In this document: positions 40,937-49,915 of the stretch, one piece after another | Layout of the letters: every line of letters begins with the position of its first letter | Position numbering within the stretch: the first letter of the stretch is position 1 | Notes under the pieces: generated by a model | Database searches by the model: none | Told to the model about the DNA's origin: nothing | What the model saw: the letters and a program-made list of their open reading frames with translations, nothing else | Virus record (IMG/VR): IMGVR_UViG_3300030329_002466 | Span: 1-55,838 of that record | DNA: 55,838 nt | Strand: one strand, 5' to 3' | Origin: a virus | Taxonomy: Duplodnaviria > Caudoviricetes | Position numbers and translations under genes: made by a program

Positions 40937-41302
40937 TTACTCTTCACTTTCTTCGGGAGCTTCTTGTTCTTCGGTGTCTTCTTCGACCACTTCTTCGCCA
41001 TTTTCGGCTTCTTCTTGTACAGATACTTCCTCTGGGCTTGACTCTTGAACGGCATTTTCTTGCTCTCTTGTTCTTATAAATTCATTCCATTGGTCCATCG
41101 CTTCTGTTTCATTTAAATATTCAGATAGATAATTTTGAAGTTGATTCAAATGCGCTTGCAATGATTCATAGTTTCTAGTCCTTTGTATAAGATAATTGAA
41201 TGTATCCAATGTACCTTCCGGACCTGCTATTGCTTCATTTTCATCTACCCATTGCTCTAACGTTTCAATACGTTTTTTCAGTCTTGTTAAATTTGCTGAC
41301 AT
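40937..41302 (-). CDS. Coiled-coil protein with acidic tail
   Basis: 121 aa; own promoter; Glu-rich C-terminus. Confidence 0.6.
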   Translation of the reverse strand: MSANLTRLKKRIETLEQWVDENEAIAGPEGTLDTFNYLIQRTRNYESLQAHLNQLQNYLSEYLNETEAMDQWNEFIRTREQENAVQESSPEEVSVQEEAENGEEVVEEDTEEQEAPEESEE

Positions 41303-41322
41303 ATTTATATACCTCTTTATTG

Positions 41323-41339
41323 CTATTTAAAGCTTTTCC
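41323..41339 (-). promoter_or_regulatory. BRE+TATA promoter (GGAAAAGCTTTAAATAG)
   Basis: Consensus match ending about 20 nt upstream of ATG 41302. Confidence 0.7.
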
Positions 41340-42413
41340 TTATTTACAGGTTTCATCCGTACAAATACCCATATCTTTCAAACGGGCACGTCCGTATCTT
41401 TTCACTTCTTTCATTTGCATCAGTCGTATTTGCTTACCTGCACGAGTTGGGTCATCTTCATACCACCCATAATCTCCTGCTGGTTCTTTGTAAATACTAC
41501 GAAATACAAAAGATATATCGGAGTCTCTCCAACCTGCATTGAGTAACTCCATAGCAATCACATTATTTTCTTCGTGACTGCTGTGACCTTCATCTATTTT
41601 TCGCTCTATTAGTTCCATTACACATTTTCTTGGAGGTTTAATGTATTGTCCTCTTCTAATATAACTACTTTCGTGAGTGTCTTTTTTTCTAATTTCACTC
41701 AATAAATATTCTACACTATTACTAACTGTGTGTGGAATATCATGTAAATCACACACGAAATCTAAAAAATCTCGTAATGCTCTTTTACTTTTACTTGTTT
41801 CTATTTCTTCTACGTTAGGAAGCTTAGAAGCCTCCATAATTTCATCCATGCTAAGACTAAGTATTTCCTTAGATGGAAACTGACGACAGTAATATCCATT
41901 TCTTTCTCCTGTTAATTTAGATACATAAGCAGTATTAGGATAACGCCTCATACATGAAACAGTGTTTTTAATACATACTTCATCTAAAGTTTTTAACTTA
42001 AATTTATTTTTTATGTGTGTGAGATATTCTCGTATAGCTTGTCTTTTTAGACTATTAGGTAGTTCTAATGGACACCAAAAATCTATATTCATTTGAAAAC
42101 CTCTACCACCTGTAAAATAAATACGTGGTTCTATATTATTAGGTTTACAGTATTTTCTATAAAACTTTCTTACATCTCTTAAACAATTTTCTATCTTTTT
42201 ATTATCATCAAAATCAAACCATATGGTATTCAGAACTGCACTTGTGTAATCTGTTTTACCCCCTTTTTCATATAAATCATCAAAGGTATATACACTTACA
42301 TAACAGTTTTTCTTTCCATCATACTGTTTCTTTTGTTCCTCAGCTTCTTCTACACTAAAACATCTAGCTATTCTTGCTGGTATTCCGAATTCTCTGTAAT
42401 ACATTTTTTCCAT
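41340..42413 (-). CDS. Archaeo-eukaryotic primase with fused PriL/PriX-like C-terminal domain
   Basis: CYVSVY, WFDFD (DxD), YFTGGRGFQ and RRYPNT; C-terminal PP..C..H..LLNAGW..F..DY..MGIC. Confidence 0.78.
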   Translation of the reverse strand: MEKMYYREFGIPARIARCFSVEEAEEQKKQYDGKKNCYVSVYTFDDLYEKGGKTDYTSAVLNTIWFDFDDNKKIENCLRDVRKFYRKYCKPNNIEPRIYFTGGRGFQMNIDFWCPLELPNSLKRQAIREYLTHIKNKFKLKTLDEVCIKNTVSCMRRYPNTAYVSKLTGERNGYYCRQFPSKEILSLSMDEIMEASKLPNVEEIETSKSKRALRDFLDFVCDLHDIPHTVSNSVEYLLSEIRKKDTHESSYIRRGQYIKPPRKCVMELIERKIDEGHSSHEENNVIAMELLNAGWRDSDISFVFRSIYKEPAGDYGWYEDDPTRAGKQIRLMQMKEVKRYGRARLKDMGICTDETCK

Positions 42414-42757
42414 TCCTCAAATAATTCTGCAATTATACTTACATTCTCATCATAATTATAATATTTTGCATTAGCTGGTGTTTCATTAACAAAAACTGGA
42501 TAGTCTGGTCTGTCGAATATTAATCTATCATAAGGTATTTCGTTTAATTCTAACCAAGTTTCAGTAGCCAATTTAACAGCTAAATCATTTGGTCTATTAC
42601 ACCATATAACTATGAGATGATTATTTCCTTTTAACCAATGCATAAATTGTGATACATTAGCTATAGGTTTACAACTTTTTATATAATCAACTATACCAAA
42701 CTGTATACCTTTGGCTGGGGTGCATATAACTCCATCTAAATCAAAAACAAAATGCAT
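42368..42757 (-). CDS. HAD-superfamily phosphatase
   Basis: FVFDLDGVIC (DxD motif I) and TETWLELNEIPYDRLIFDRP. Confidence 0.75.
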   Translation of the reverse strand: MHFVFDLDGVICTPAKGIQFGIVDYIKSCKPIANVSQFMHWLKGNNHLIVIWCNRPNDLAVKLATETWLELNEIPYDRLIFDRPDYPVFVNETPANAKYYNYDENVSIIAELFEEWKKCITENSEYQQE

Positions 42758-42963
42758 TATTCTGCAGCAGCCTTAATAGCAATAATATCTTTTTTATTTA
42801 CTATGACAGTTCCTTTCTCTCCAGTTAAATAGACGAAGTTCTCATCGTCTTGTGTTATCTTTCCTCTTCCAACTTTCGTTTTATCTTCTTCTTTCCATAC
42901 TACCTTACAGTCACCTAAATCTTGCAAAGGTGGCGTTAGGGATTTCGCTTCTTTCTCTTCCAT
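42757..42963 (-). CDS. Small Sm/Hfq-like beta-barrel protein
   Basis: KVVW..GRGKITQDDENFVYL..GTVIVNKKDIIAIK follows the Sm1/Sm2 pattern (G.I..D..F..L, then V.K..I..I). Confidence 0.5.
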   Translation of the reverse strand: MEEKEAKSLTPPLQDLGDCKVVWKEEDKTKVGRGKITQDDENFVYLTGEKGTVIVNKKDIIAIKAAAE

Positions 42964-43007
42964 ATGTATTCACCGACCATAAGGTCATATATTTATAATG
43001 AACAGTA

Positions 43008-43023
43008 CTATATAAAGCTATCG
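43008..43023 (-). promoter_or_regulatory. BRE+TATA promoter (CGATAGCTTTATATAG)
   Basis: Consensus match upstream of the Sm-like, HAD and primase genes. Confidence 0.7.
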
Positions 43024-43026
43024 TCG

Positions 43027-45246
43027 TTAAATAAACTCCATCAAACTCTTTTGTTTACTGTCTATTAAGGTCAAAGGTGGGTTTTTCTTACACCAATCGT
43101 CTAATTGAAATTTTTTCAGTAACTTAGTAATTACATCCCAATGATACTTCACATCAAGGTCTACTTTACTACTAACCAACTGTTCTATTTTATATCCATT
43201 CTTTGTTTTGTAATAGGAGAATGTTGTACCAATTTCAGGATTCATACCTATTTCTTCTCCTTGAGTAATCATTTGAACTATAAGGTCATTTTCAGATTTA
43301 TAGTCTTCTTTATTTCTATTCATACTTCTTCGTTGTAAGAAGTCTTCTAACTCATAATCATCCATAGAATATAAATTCTCTATAAATGTTGTATTAATTT
43401 TATTATCTAAACGAGCTTCTATAAGTTTGTCTAATGTTTTTATATAGAATTTAGAACGTGAACGACTTTTGAAAGTGCTACCATGTTTAGTTAAACTTCC
43501 ATCTTCATTTCTAAGAACGTAATTACCTATTTGTAACCAAAATCCTTCTTTGAATACGTCTTTATCCATTCTAATCCATTCGTCATTAGAATCAGGGAAT
43601 TTATTTTTTAATAATAATCTTAATCTATTTGTTAACCAGTCTACATCTATATCGCAATTTGTATTTATACCATCTGTGTGTACATATACAACACTATCTT
43701 CACCATACTTATTTCTTATTAATTCTACACCAGATAGTAATAACCATCTAGCTACAGCGGTTATAGTTATACCTACTCCCATATCTCCATAAGAAATATA
43801 AGGATTTGTATTTGCACCATAGAATGTATTTACCATTATCTTTAATGCGTTACTTTTACTATTAGCTTCTTTAGTTTTTAGTTTTTTCCAAGGCTTTCTC
43901 ATTTCCATGAACTGCTCAGAAATTTTATATAATACGCTTTTATCGCTGAAATCTAGTTTAACTAATACTCTTTTATTTATTTTATTATCTGGTATATACG
44001 CTATATCATCTTTAAATTCTATTTCATCCTTGTAATCTTCATAACCTACTATTTCACTCTTATCTGGTCCTAAGTTTAAAGCCATAGCAATAGAAGGATA
44101 GAAACCAGAAAAATCAGCTTTATAATTATCTTTATGGAATCCCGGACTATATAACTCTATATGCGCTGCTTGAAAATTACCCCTATCTGATTTAAATATC
44201 TCAGGATGTCTTTCTTTATTAAAATCTAATGTGAGTATATCTTGTTCAAATAATCCTCTTCCTTGAAGTATTTTAGTAATGAAACTAGCTGGGGCATTTA
44301 CATATGTTTCCAATGGAACGCCTAAAATTTCAGCTGTATATTCTATCTGAGGGAAGTAATGTTCGTATAGATGCTTTGTACAATCTACATCAGACAATAC
44401 ATACTCTTCTATTTCTTCTATAGAGTAGTCTAATAAATCTTTTCCATCGAAAGAGAGTTCTACTGGTGTTAAACCAAAAGCTTTCGAAACGCTTTTCAAT
44501 CCGCGGGGTAACCCGGATAAAGAATAATCAAGTCTAGCCCACCTGAGTAAATCAATATGCACTCTACCTCCTGCTTTCATTTTAAGGTCGTGTTGATTCT
44601 TAGGTGGTTCCCAACCATACTCAGTACCATCTCTATTTAGTAATTTCTTATAGTTTTCTAATCCATGGTATCTTGCTCTATGTAATATCTGCGGAATATC
44701 ATACCCTACATGATTCCAACCATATATAATATCTGGGTCATACTCTTTTATATATTCTGCAAATTTAATTATAACATTTTTATCGTCTTCTCCATCCCAT
44801 AATAGGACGTCCCTCTCTCCTGTTGAGGTGACAATTCCGATTGCCACCACTGGGTACTTTTCCCCGAACGGAAAACTACCATCAGGGCTATGCGTTTCAA
44901 TATCAAACCCTAAGCATTTTAATGGGGCTTCATTAGGGAAGTCTAAAAAGAACTCAGGATGCTCAATACAGAGTCTCTCAAGTAGATGCTCCCTACCACC
45001 TTCGAATAAAGCATTAGGAGCTATGATATCTCTATTAGGCACATAGGGGACCTTAGTTAAGCTCTGTGGCTCTGTATAGCCTAATACTCTCTTAGTAGAG
45101 CCCTCGGGGTGCGATACGTAGTAATAAGGTTGATACGGAACAGTTGCAGCCTGTTTATGACCGTTACGATACATAAGGCACTGGAGTTCGCCTGTCTTCA
45201 TATTGCGTGTGTTAGGGGATAGTATCCCGATTAATGGTACTTTCAA
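43027..45246 (-). CDS. polB: Family B DNA polymerase with 3'-5' exonuclease (TTG start)
   Basis: ExoI FDIET, ExoII WNHVGYD, ExoIII YVLSD, motif A DFSGFYPS, motif B KIMVNTFYG, motif C YVHTDG; C-terminal QKSLMEFI PIP-box. Confidence 0.93.
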   Translation of the reverse strand: MKVPLIGILSPNTRNMKTGELQCLMYRNGHKQAATVPYQPYYYVSHPEGSTKRVLGYTEPQSLTKVPYVPNRDIIAPNALFEGGREHLLERLCIEHPEFFLDFPNEAPLKCLGFDIETHSPDGSFPFGEKYPVVAIGIVTSTGERDVLLWDGEDDKNVIIKFAEYIKEYDPDIIYGWNHVGYDIPQILHRARYHGLENYKKLLNRDGTEYGWEPPKNQHDLKMKAGGRVHIDLLRWARLDYSLSGLPRGLKSVSKAFGLTPVELSFDGKDLLDYSIEEIEEYVLSDVDCTKHLYEHYFPQIEYTAEILGVPLETYVNAPASFITKILQGRGLFEQDILTLDFNKERHPEIFKSDRGNFQAAHIELYSPGFHKDNYKADFSGFYPSIAMALNLGPDKSEIVGYEDYKDEIEFKDDIAYIPDNKINKRVLVKLDFSDKSVLYKISEQFMEMRKPWKKLKTKEANSKSNALKIMVNTFYGANTNPYISYGDMGVGITITAVARWLLLSGVELIRNKYGEDSVVYVHTDGINTNCDIDVDWLTNRLRLLLKNKFPDSNDEWIRMDKDVFKEGFWLQIGNYVLRNEDGSLTKHGSTFKSRSRSKFYIKTLDKLIEARLDNKINTTFIENLYSMDDYELEDFLQRRSMNRNKEDYKSENDLIVQMITQGEEIGMNPEIGTTFSYYKTKNGYKIEQLVSSKVDLDVKYHWDVITKLLKKFQLDDWCKKNPPLTLIDSKQKSLMEFI

Positions 45247-45354
45247 TTATTCTCCTAGATTTCTTTGGTATTCCATTTCTCTACATTCGAAACAAACGTC
45301 GTCATCAAAGTTTGTATTATGTTGTCCACATTTAGTACACTTTCTAAATTTCAT
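45247..45354 (-). CDS. Zn-finger microprotein (35 aa, MKFRKCTKCG..CFEC)
   Basis: ATGA-coupled to MazG; two CxxC pairs; not in the ORF track. Confidence 0.6.
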   Translation of the reverse strand: MKFRKCTKCGQHNTNFDDDVCFECREMEYQRNLGE

Positions 45355-45710
45355 CTCTTGTCTCCAGAACCCTTCAATACATCTCGAGCTTTTCTGTCTG
45401 CGAGTTTTTGAAAGTTTCTGTGGAGCACTTCCTGATGAGTTAAATCATAGTGGTCCATTAACCTTGCGAGATACCAACATACATCACCTAACTCATCAAG
45501 TTTGTCAGTAACCTTCTTTCCATCTCCACGTATTTCTTTTTTAAATTTACCAAGTAGTTCACCTACTTCACTAGCCAATCCGAGCATTAAATACTCTTCT
45601 TCTTTTTCTTCAGGGTAGACCGCAGTTGTTTTGGTCCAGTCCTGATATGTTGCCCAATCCATTTCTCTTTGTTCCTGTGTTAATTTTGCATAATGTTCTA
45701 ATTCTGTCAT
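45351..45710 (-). CDS. mazG: MazG-like NTP pyrophosphohydrolase
   Basis: LGLASEVGEL..KK..DELGDVCWYLA..N..KL..R. Confidence 0.88.
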   Translation of the reverse strand: MTELEHYAKLTQEQREMDWATYQDWTKTTAVYPEEKEEEYLMLGLASEVGELLGKFKKEIRGDGKKVTDKLDELGDVCWYLARLMDHYDLTHQEVLHRNFQKLADRKARDVLKGSGDKR

Positions 45711-46324
45711 TTTTCACCTAATATTTCTTCTGCTATTTTGTTATACATTTTGTTTGCCATTAATATAGGTTGTCTTAATTTAGGGTCTATATAATGTAAA
45801 CCTTCCATACCTTTCTTAAGTTCTTCTCTAAACATATTAGCATATAGAGTATGGTTATCTGTTATATAATGGTATCCCTTTGCTACATCTTCTTTATAAT
45901 CTCTCACAAAGTTAATTATTTGGTATGCCCTACCTAAAGACCTAGCGTATTGGTCTGCTTGAGAAGGACAACCAAGTATACGAGCCATCATTAAACCTAC
46001 TGATTCAGAAGACCCTTTACAATATTCTAACATAGATTGTACTGTATGCTCTTTTTGAACTAAATCAGTAAACATAGATTGATGAAAGTCTTGAAGCCAT
46101 TCTCCCTTGAATTCATATTTATCACTTACTTCGTGAAAATTTTCTATTACCTTTCTCCATTCCTTAGTGTTAAATAAATCTCCACCTTCAACCATTTCGT
46201 CTATTACTCTCAGGTAAGAGTAAAGTTTATATATATCTTCCTGTATATTTTCAGGCCATTCCTTTACGCACTCAATAAATGTAGTGCTATATTTTTTCAT
46301 TATTTCTTCCATTCCAATCTCCAT
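45707..46324 (-). CDS. crtB: Phytoene/squalene synthase-like protein, compact (true start may be 46300-46324)
   Basis: YSTTF, LYSYLRVIDEMVE (first Asp-rich motif), YCKGSSESVGLM, LGRAYQIINFVRDYKED (second motif). Confidence 0.8.
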   Translation of the reverse strand: MEIGMEEIMKKYSTTFIECVKEWPENIQEDIYKLYSYLRVIDEMVEGGDLFNTKEWRKVIENFHEVSDKYEFKGEWLQDFHQSMFTDLVQKEHTVQSMLEYCKGSSESVGLMMARILGCPSQADQYARSLGRAYQIINFVRDYKEDVAKGYHYITDNHTLYANMFREELKKGMEGLHYIDPKLRQPILMANKMYNKIAEEILGEK

Positions 46325-46419
46325 AATACATATTCAGTCATAATAAATGTCCAAAACATTCCAAATATAATTATATCTAAATGGTTAGGACTATTATATT
46401 CAGTTAACCAATTTATCAT
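46300..46419 (-). CDS. Small membrane peptide (39 aa, MINWLTEY..IIIFGMFWTFIMTEYVLWRLEWKK)
   Basis: Coupled by ATGA/TAATG overlaps on both sides; one hydrophobic helix. Confidence 0.5.
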   Translation of the reverse strand: MINWLTEYNSPNHLDIIIFGMFWTFIMTEYVLWRLEWKK

Positions 46420-46589
46420 AATTTTATATCTCTATATTCGTCTGCAGATAAAAAACCTGACAGTGTTCCTCTTCCTGCTATATTTCTTCTCATATATCTA
46501 ATAAAGTCTATTGTTACTTCTAATCCTTTATCTTCTAATTCTTCATTTATAAACTGCAAATGATTTATTAAATCTTCTATTACTATCAT
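46416..46589 (-). CDS. Hypothetical protein (57 aa)
   Basis: ATGA-coupled ORF filling the gap between neighbours. Confidence 0.5.
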   Translation of the reverse strand: MIVIEDLINHLQFINEELEDKGLEVTIDFIRYMRRNIAGRGTLSGFLSADEYRDIKL

Positions 46590-46864
46590 CCTGCTGGTCC
46601 TTTATTATATTGTGGCATATCATCGAACATACCTTGGTCTGCTGCTATCTGTATTAATAATATAGCATCTTCTATAGCTGACGAACAAGCAAGATGAAAC
46701 ATTTCTTCTGAATTTGGTTCAGCACCAAGTATTTCACTCTTATGTTCCATAGCCATTTGCTGATGAAACATACTAGAATGTTCTAATAAGGAAAGCCACT
46801 TGCCTCTTTCTTCTTCTGTATTATCTGCTGTCAATTTTTTTGATTTTTTCGATATCTTTTTCAT
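46586..46864 (-). CDS. Hypothetical protein (92 aa)
   Basis: AGGAGA SD; within the operon. Confidence 0.55.
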   Translation of the reverse strand: MKKISKKSKKLTADNTEEERGKWLSLLEHSSMFHQQMAMEHKSEILGAEPNSEEMFHLACSSAIEDAILLIQIAADQGMFDDMPQYNKGPAG

Positions 46865-48299
46865 TGTAGTCTCCTGTTGCTAATAATAAAAACTTTGTCA
46901 TATCTCCATCCCAAAGCTTCTCGTCGTCTTTACTTTTAAAAGGAGGTGTAACGTCTTTATCTATAGTTTCTATATCTATCGCTGTCTTTGCTCCTTTACC
47001 CAGTTTAATGTTGTCCCCACTAAACGGGTCAACAATCTCGAAACTGCCACAAAAGCGCCCAGTGTATTCGCTACTGATTTCAGGCCACTTTTCTCGTACA
47101 AACTCTTCTGTTTTTTCAATTAACTCACTCCATTGTATCTTTTTTGAAGGGTCACTAATTAAAGGACTCTTAAAATATTTAGTCTTACCTTTCTCAGTTT
47201 CATCCATTTCTAAGAAACCAGTCATCACTAATGCGGAAAGGACTGGTCTTAATTTAGTGAAAGGTAATCCTGCTCTTTTTGCTTCTTTCTTTATTTCTGC
47301 TTCTGTTAATTTAACAACGTCAGCAGACATCCCAAATTTGTCTAATGATGTATCTGGGAATAACTGTAATATATCTGTACCATGACTAGGCATATGAAGA
47401 CATTCGGAGATAAAAGTGTCTAAATATATGCGTAGCGCCAACCAATTATGTTTAGGTGTAACTAAACCATAAGTCACACCATCCCGTTCTACCCGTAATA
47501 TTTCATCGTCATAGAACCTAGCCACAGCGTTTATTAGTTTTAATAAGTATTGAACCTTAGAACGTGATACTGGAAATATAGATGGTATTGCTTCCATTAG
47601 GAAAGGCGCACAGGGATTGCGTAGTTGCATAGCGCGTTCATCGTCCCTGCGTCCTATTGCGTCTAACATATGCTGTTTCAAACCACTGATTTCATCATCA
47701 CTCATAGTGAGTAACTCTTTCTTAGGAAGAGCAACATGCATCAACTTATGTTTAATAACGCTTTCTGTTTGTTTAGCAGTAGGATTAGTGTGCCCAATCA
47801 TACATCTGCGTTCCAATTCAGCGTCAAAATACGCTGAACCTTTATCATTTTCCACTGCTACACACATAAAGACAAATTTTGGATGTAACGTCTGTTCCAC
47901 CGTTTCACCAATAGTGACATCCGTTCTTTTCCTGAACGCTGGACGGCCATCACCCCATGTCTTTATAACTTCCATTACACCTTCTGGTAATTTCTGAGCT
48001 TCAGGTATCGCTACAAAGCGCGCCCTGTTTATCTTCTCAGCTTCATACCATACGGCCGTTTCGGAAAGGTGTTCTATTGTGTGGTAATATTCAGTCGGTA
48101 GTAGATTGAAGACGGCATCCATTATCACTGTCTTTCCAGTTCCACTATACGCTTTAATTACCATATTGTTATCCTCTAATAAGTAAGCTAAAGCAGAAGT
48201 AACTGCTAATTTATCTTCACCTATTATAGGATTAAGTTCACCTTTCTTATTACGTACATTATGAAAGTATCGTACTAAGTCATGTAATTCGTATTTCAT
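46821..48299 (-). CDS. AAA+ ATPase / divergent MCM-like replicative helicase with C-terminal wHTH
   Basis: IIGED..Walker A AYSGTGKT, degenerate Walker B FVAIPE, arginine finger ELERR; in the replication module. Confidence 0.6.
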   Translation of the reverse strand: MKYELHDLVRYFHNVRNKKGELNPIIGEDKLAVTSALAYLLEDNNMVIKAYSGTGKTVIMDAVFNLLPTEYYHTIEHLSETAVWYEAEKINRARFVAIPEAQKLPEGVMEVIKTWGDGRPAFRKRTDVTIGETVEQTLHPKFVFMCVAVENDKGSAYFDAELERRCMIGHTNPTAKQTESVIKHKLMHVALPKKELLTMSDDEISGLKQHMLDAIGRRDDERAMQLRNPCAPFLMEAIPSIFPVSRSKVQYLLKLINAVARFYDDEILRVERDGVTYGLVTPKHNWLALRIYLDTFISECLHMPSHGTDILQLFPDTSLDKFGMSADVVKLTEAEIKKEAKRAGLPFTKLRPVLSALVMTGFLEMDETEKGKTKYFKSPLISDPSKKIQWSELIEKTEEFVREKWPEISSEYTGRFCGSFEIVDPFSGDNIKLGKGAKTAIDIETIDKDVTPPFKSKDDEKLWDGDMTKFLLLATGDYNEKDIEKIKKIDSR

Positions 48300-48493
48300 T
48301 CTTTCTCATTTAAATATTTAGACACTAATTTTATACTATCTCTCAATGATTCATTATCGGTATTTTCAGCTACTTCAAAATCTAAATCCGCTAACATCAT
48401 TTTAGCTACCTTTGGTGTCATATAATTTAATATAATACTCATTATATGTATTGCTTCAAGTCTTGTTGTTACCATATACCTATAACCCCGCAA
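48296..48493 (-). CDS. Hypothetical protein
   Basis: Coupled ORF between the methyltransferase and the ATPase. Confidence 0.5.
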   Translation of the reverse strand: MRGYRYMVTTRLEAIHIMSIILNYMTPKVAKMMLADLDFEVAENTDNESLRDSIKLVSKYLNEKE

Positions 48494-49247
48494 CTCTATT
48501 TAAAGCTACCTGTAAGTAATTATCTGACTGGTCAATAGTAATAATCCCTCTACCAAGTCTCAATGCTGATGCAGCTGTGCTACCTGTTCCACAGAACGGG
48601 TCAAGCACTACATCGCCTTCATTACTAGAAGCTTTGATTAATATATCTAATAACTCTTCAGGTATTTGATTCATTGATGAAATACCGTCAGGAGTTCTAA
48701 ACTTCTGCTTCTCAGGATGAGTATGTTGCACTACATTAATGTCTGTAAACCAATCATAACTTGGCCTTCCGGCTCTACCATGCTTTTTAATTGCTTCCTG
48801 AACGTGCTTCTGCTTTAATGAGCTTTCAGGATAAGGGATTAGTATATCTTCCCCATTAAATGTATAGTCTTTCTTATTCTTGGTAAAGTATAAAACACCT
48901 CGTTGAGCTTGAACATAATTATTCAATGTATGTCCATAGTTCATCTTATAAGGCCACGTTAACCATCTTCGGAAATGCCCATGTTCCATACATGGTTCCC
49001 AATAATAGTTAGCCAATGTCTCCTGATAGGCTATTACATATAGACTACCAGTTGGTTTTAACACTCTAAAACACTCTTCAATCCATTCTGCGACCCAAGT
49101 GTCATAGTCTTTTCTGCGGTCGTCGATACCACCAGCATACTTCCACCCTATATTATAAGGTGGGTCAGTGACAATCAGGTCTATACTTTCACTTTCGATA
49201 GTTTTAATTCTATCTGTTACTTCTCCACATAGGAATTCTCTTTTCAT
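48480..49247 (-). CDS. DNA N6-adenine/N4-cytosine methyltransferase (beta class)
   Basis: IDLIVTDPPYN (motif IV) precedes VLDPFCGTGST (motif I). Confidence 0.92.
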   Translation of the reverse strand: MKREFLCGEVTDRIKTIESESIDLIVTDPPYNIGWKYAGGIDDRRKDYDTWVAEWIEECFRVLKPTGSLYVIAYQETLANYYWEPCMEHGHFRRWLTWPYKMNYGHTLNNYVQAQRGVLYFTKNKKDYTFNGEDILIPYPESSLKQKHVQEAIKKHGRAGRPSYDWFTDINVVQHTHPEKQKFRTPDGISSMNQIPEELLDILIKASSNEGDVVLDPFCGTGSTAASALRLGRGIITIDQSDNYLQVALNRVAGL

Positions 49248-49915
49248 TCTACACTCTCCACTGCCTTTCTCAAATCTAAAACGCCATTCTCACATAGTTT
49301 AATAGCGTATTTTCTAATATCATTTTCATCTACCCTCGGAAAGTCGTTTTTGATTTTCAAAAACAAGTCTATCATATTCATAGGCTCACCATCCAATGGA
49401 CGTAAAGCAGATACTATTTCTTGGGGCATGAGGTATTTCCCTTCTGTAAATAATGATGGTCTTTCTCTTTCACTTTTGAACACTGGTTCATCTGTGGCTT
49501 CAAGAGAATATCCATTAACTGATTCTCCAGCTACAATTTCTATCTTACCCCGATTAACTTTAAAAAGTATATCACAGGGGTTCTTACCTTCATCCAGAAT
49601 TTGTCTAAACAATGTCTGAAATACAGTATGAGTAGACAGAGTTGTGCTGAGATAGTGTATCTCAGACCCAACACTGGGATAAATCCCATAAGTGTATTCT
49701 TTAATCTGAGGAACATTTTTTTCACAGTGGAAACACCTCTTCCCTTCGTCTATCCAACATTTTACACGTCTGCTATCTTTTTCATACCAATGCATTACCT
49801 TATATAAAGGATTAATGTATGCGAATTGGGTCAAAGCCGTCATAGAATCTGCTAACCAGACTCTCTTACTTTGTTTCGATTTTATCCAATCCGAATACCC
49901 CGCAGTCATGCTCAT
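49244..49915 (-). CDS. Putative Zn-binding ssDNA-binding protein (gp32-like)
   Basis: HW..C..CFHC followed by OB-fold-like strands; position in the replication block. Fold assignment is tentative. Confidence 0.4.
   Translation of the reverse strand: MSMTAGYSDWIKSKQSKRVWLADSMTALTQFAYINPLYKVMHWYEKDSRRVKCWIDEGKRCFHCEKNVPQIKEYTYGIYPSVGSEIHYLSTTLSTHTVFQTLFRQILDEGKNPCDILFKVNRGKIEIVAGESVNGYSLEATDEPVFKSERERPSLFTEGKYLMPQEIVSALRPLDGEPMNMIDLFLKIKNDFPRVDENDIRKYAIKLCENGVLDLRKAVESVE

Noticed and set aside
38163-45246. Inteins or introns in nrdJ and polB
   Set aside because: Both genes are of compact length with contiguous motifs and no intein splice-junction signatures.
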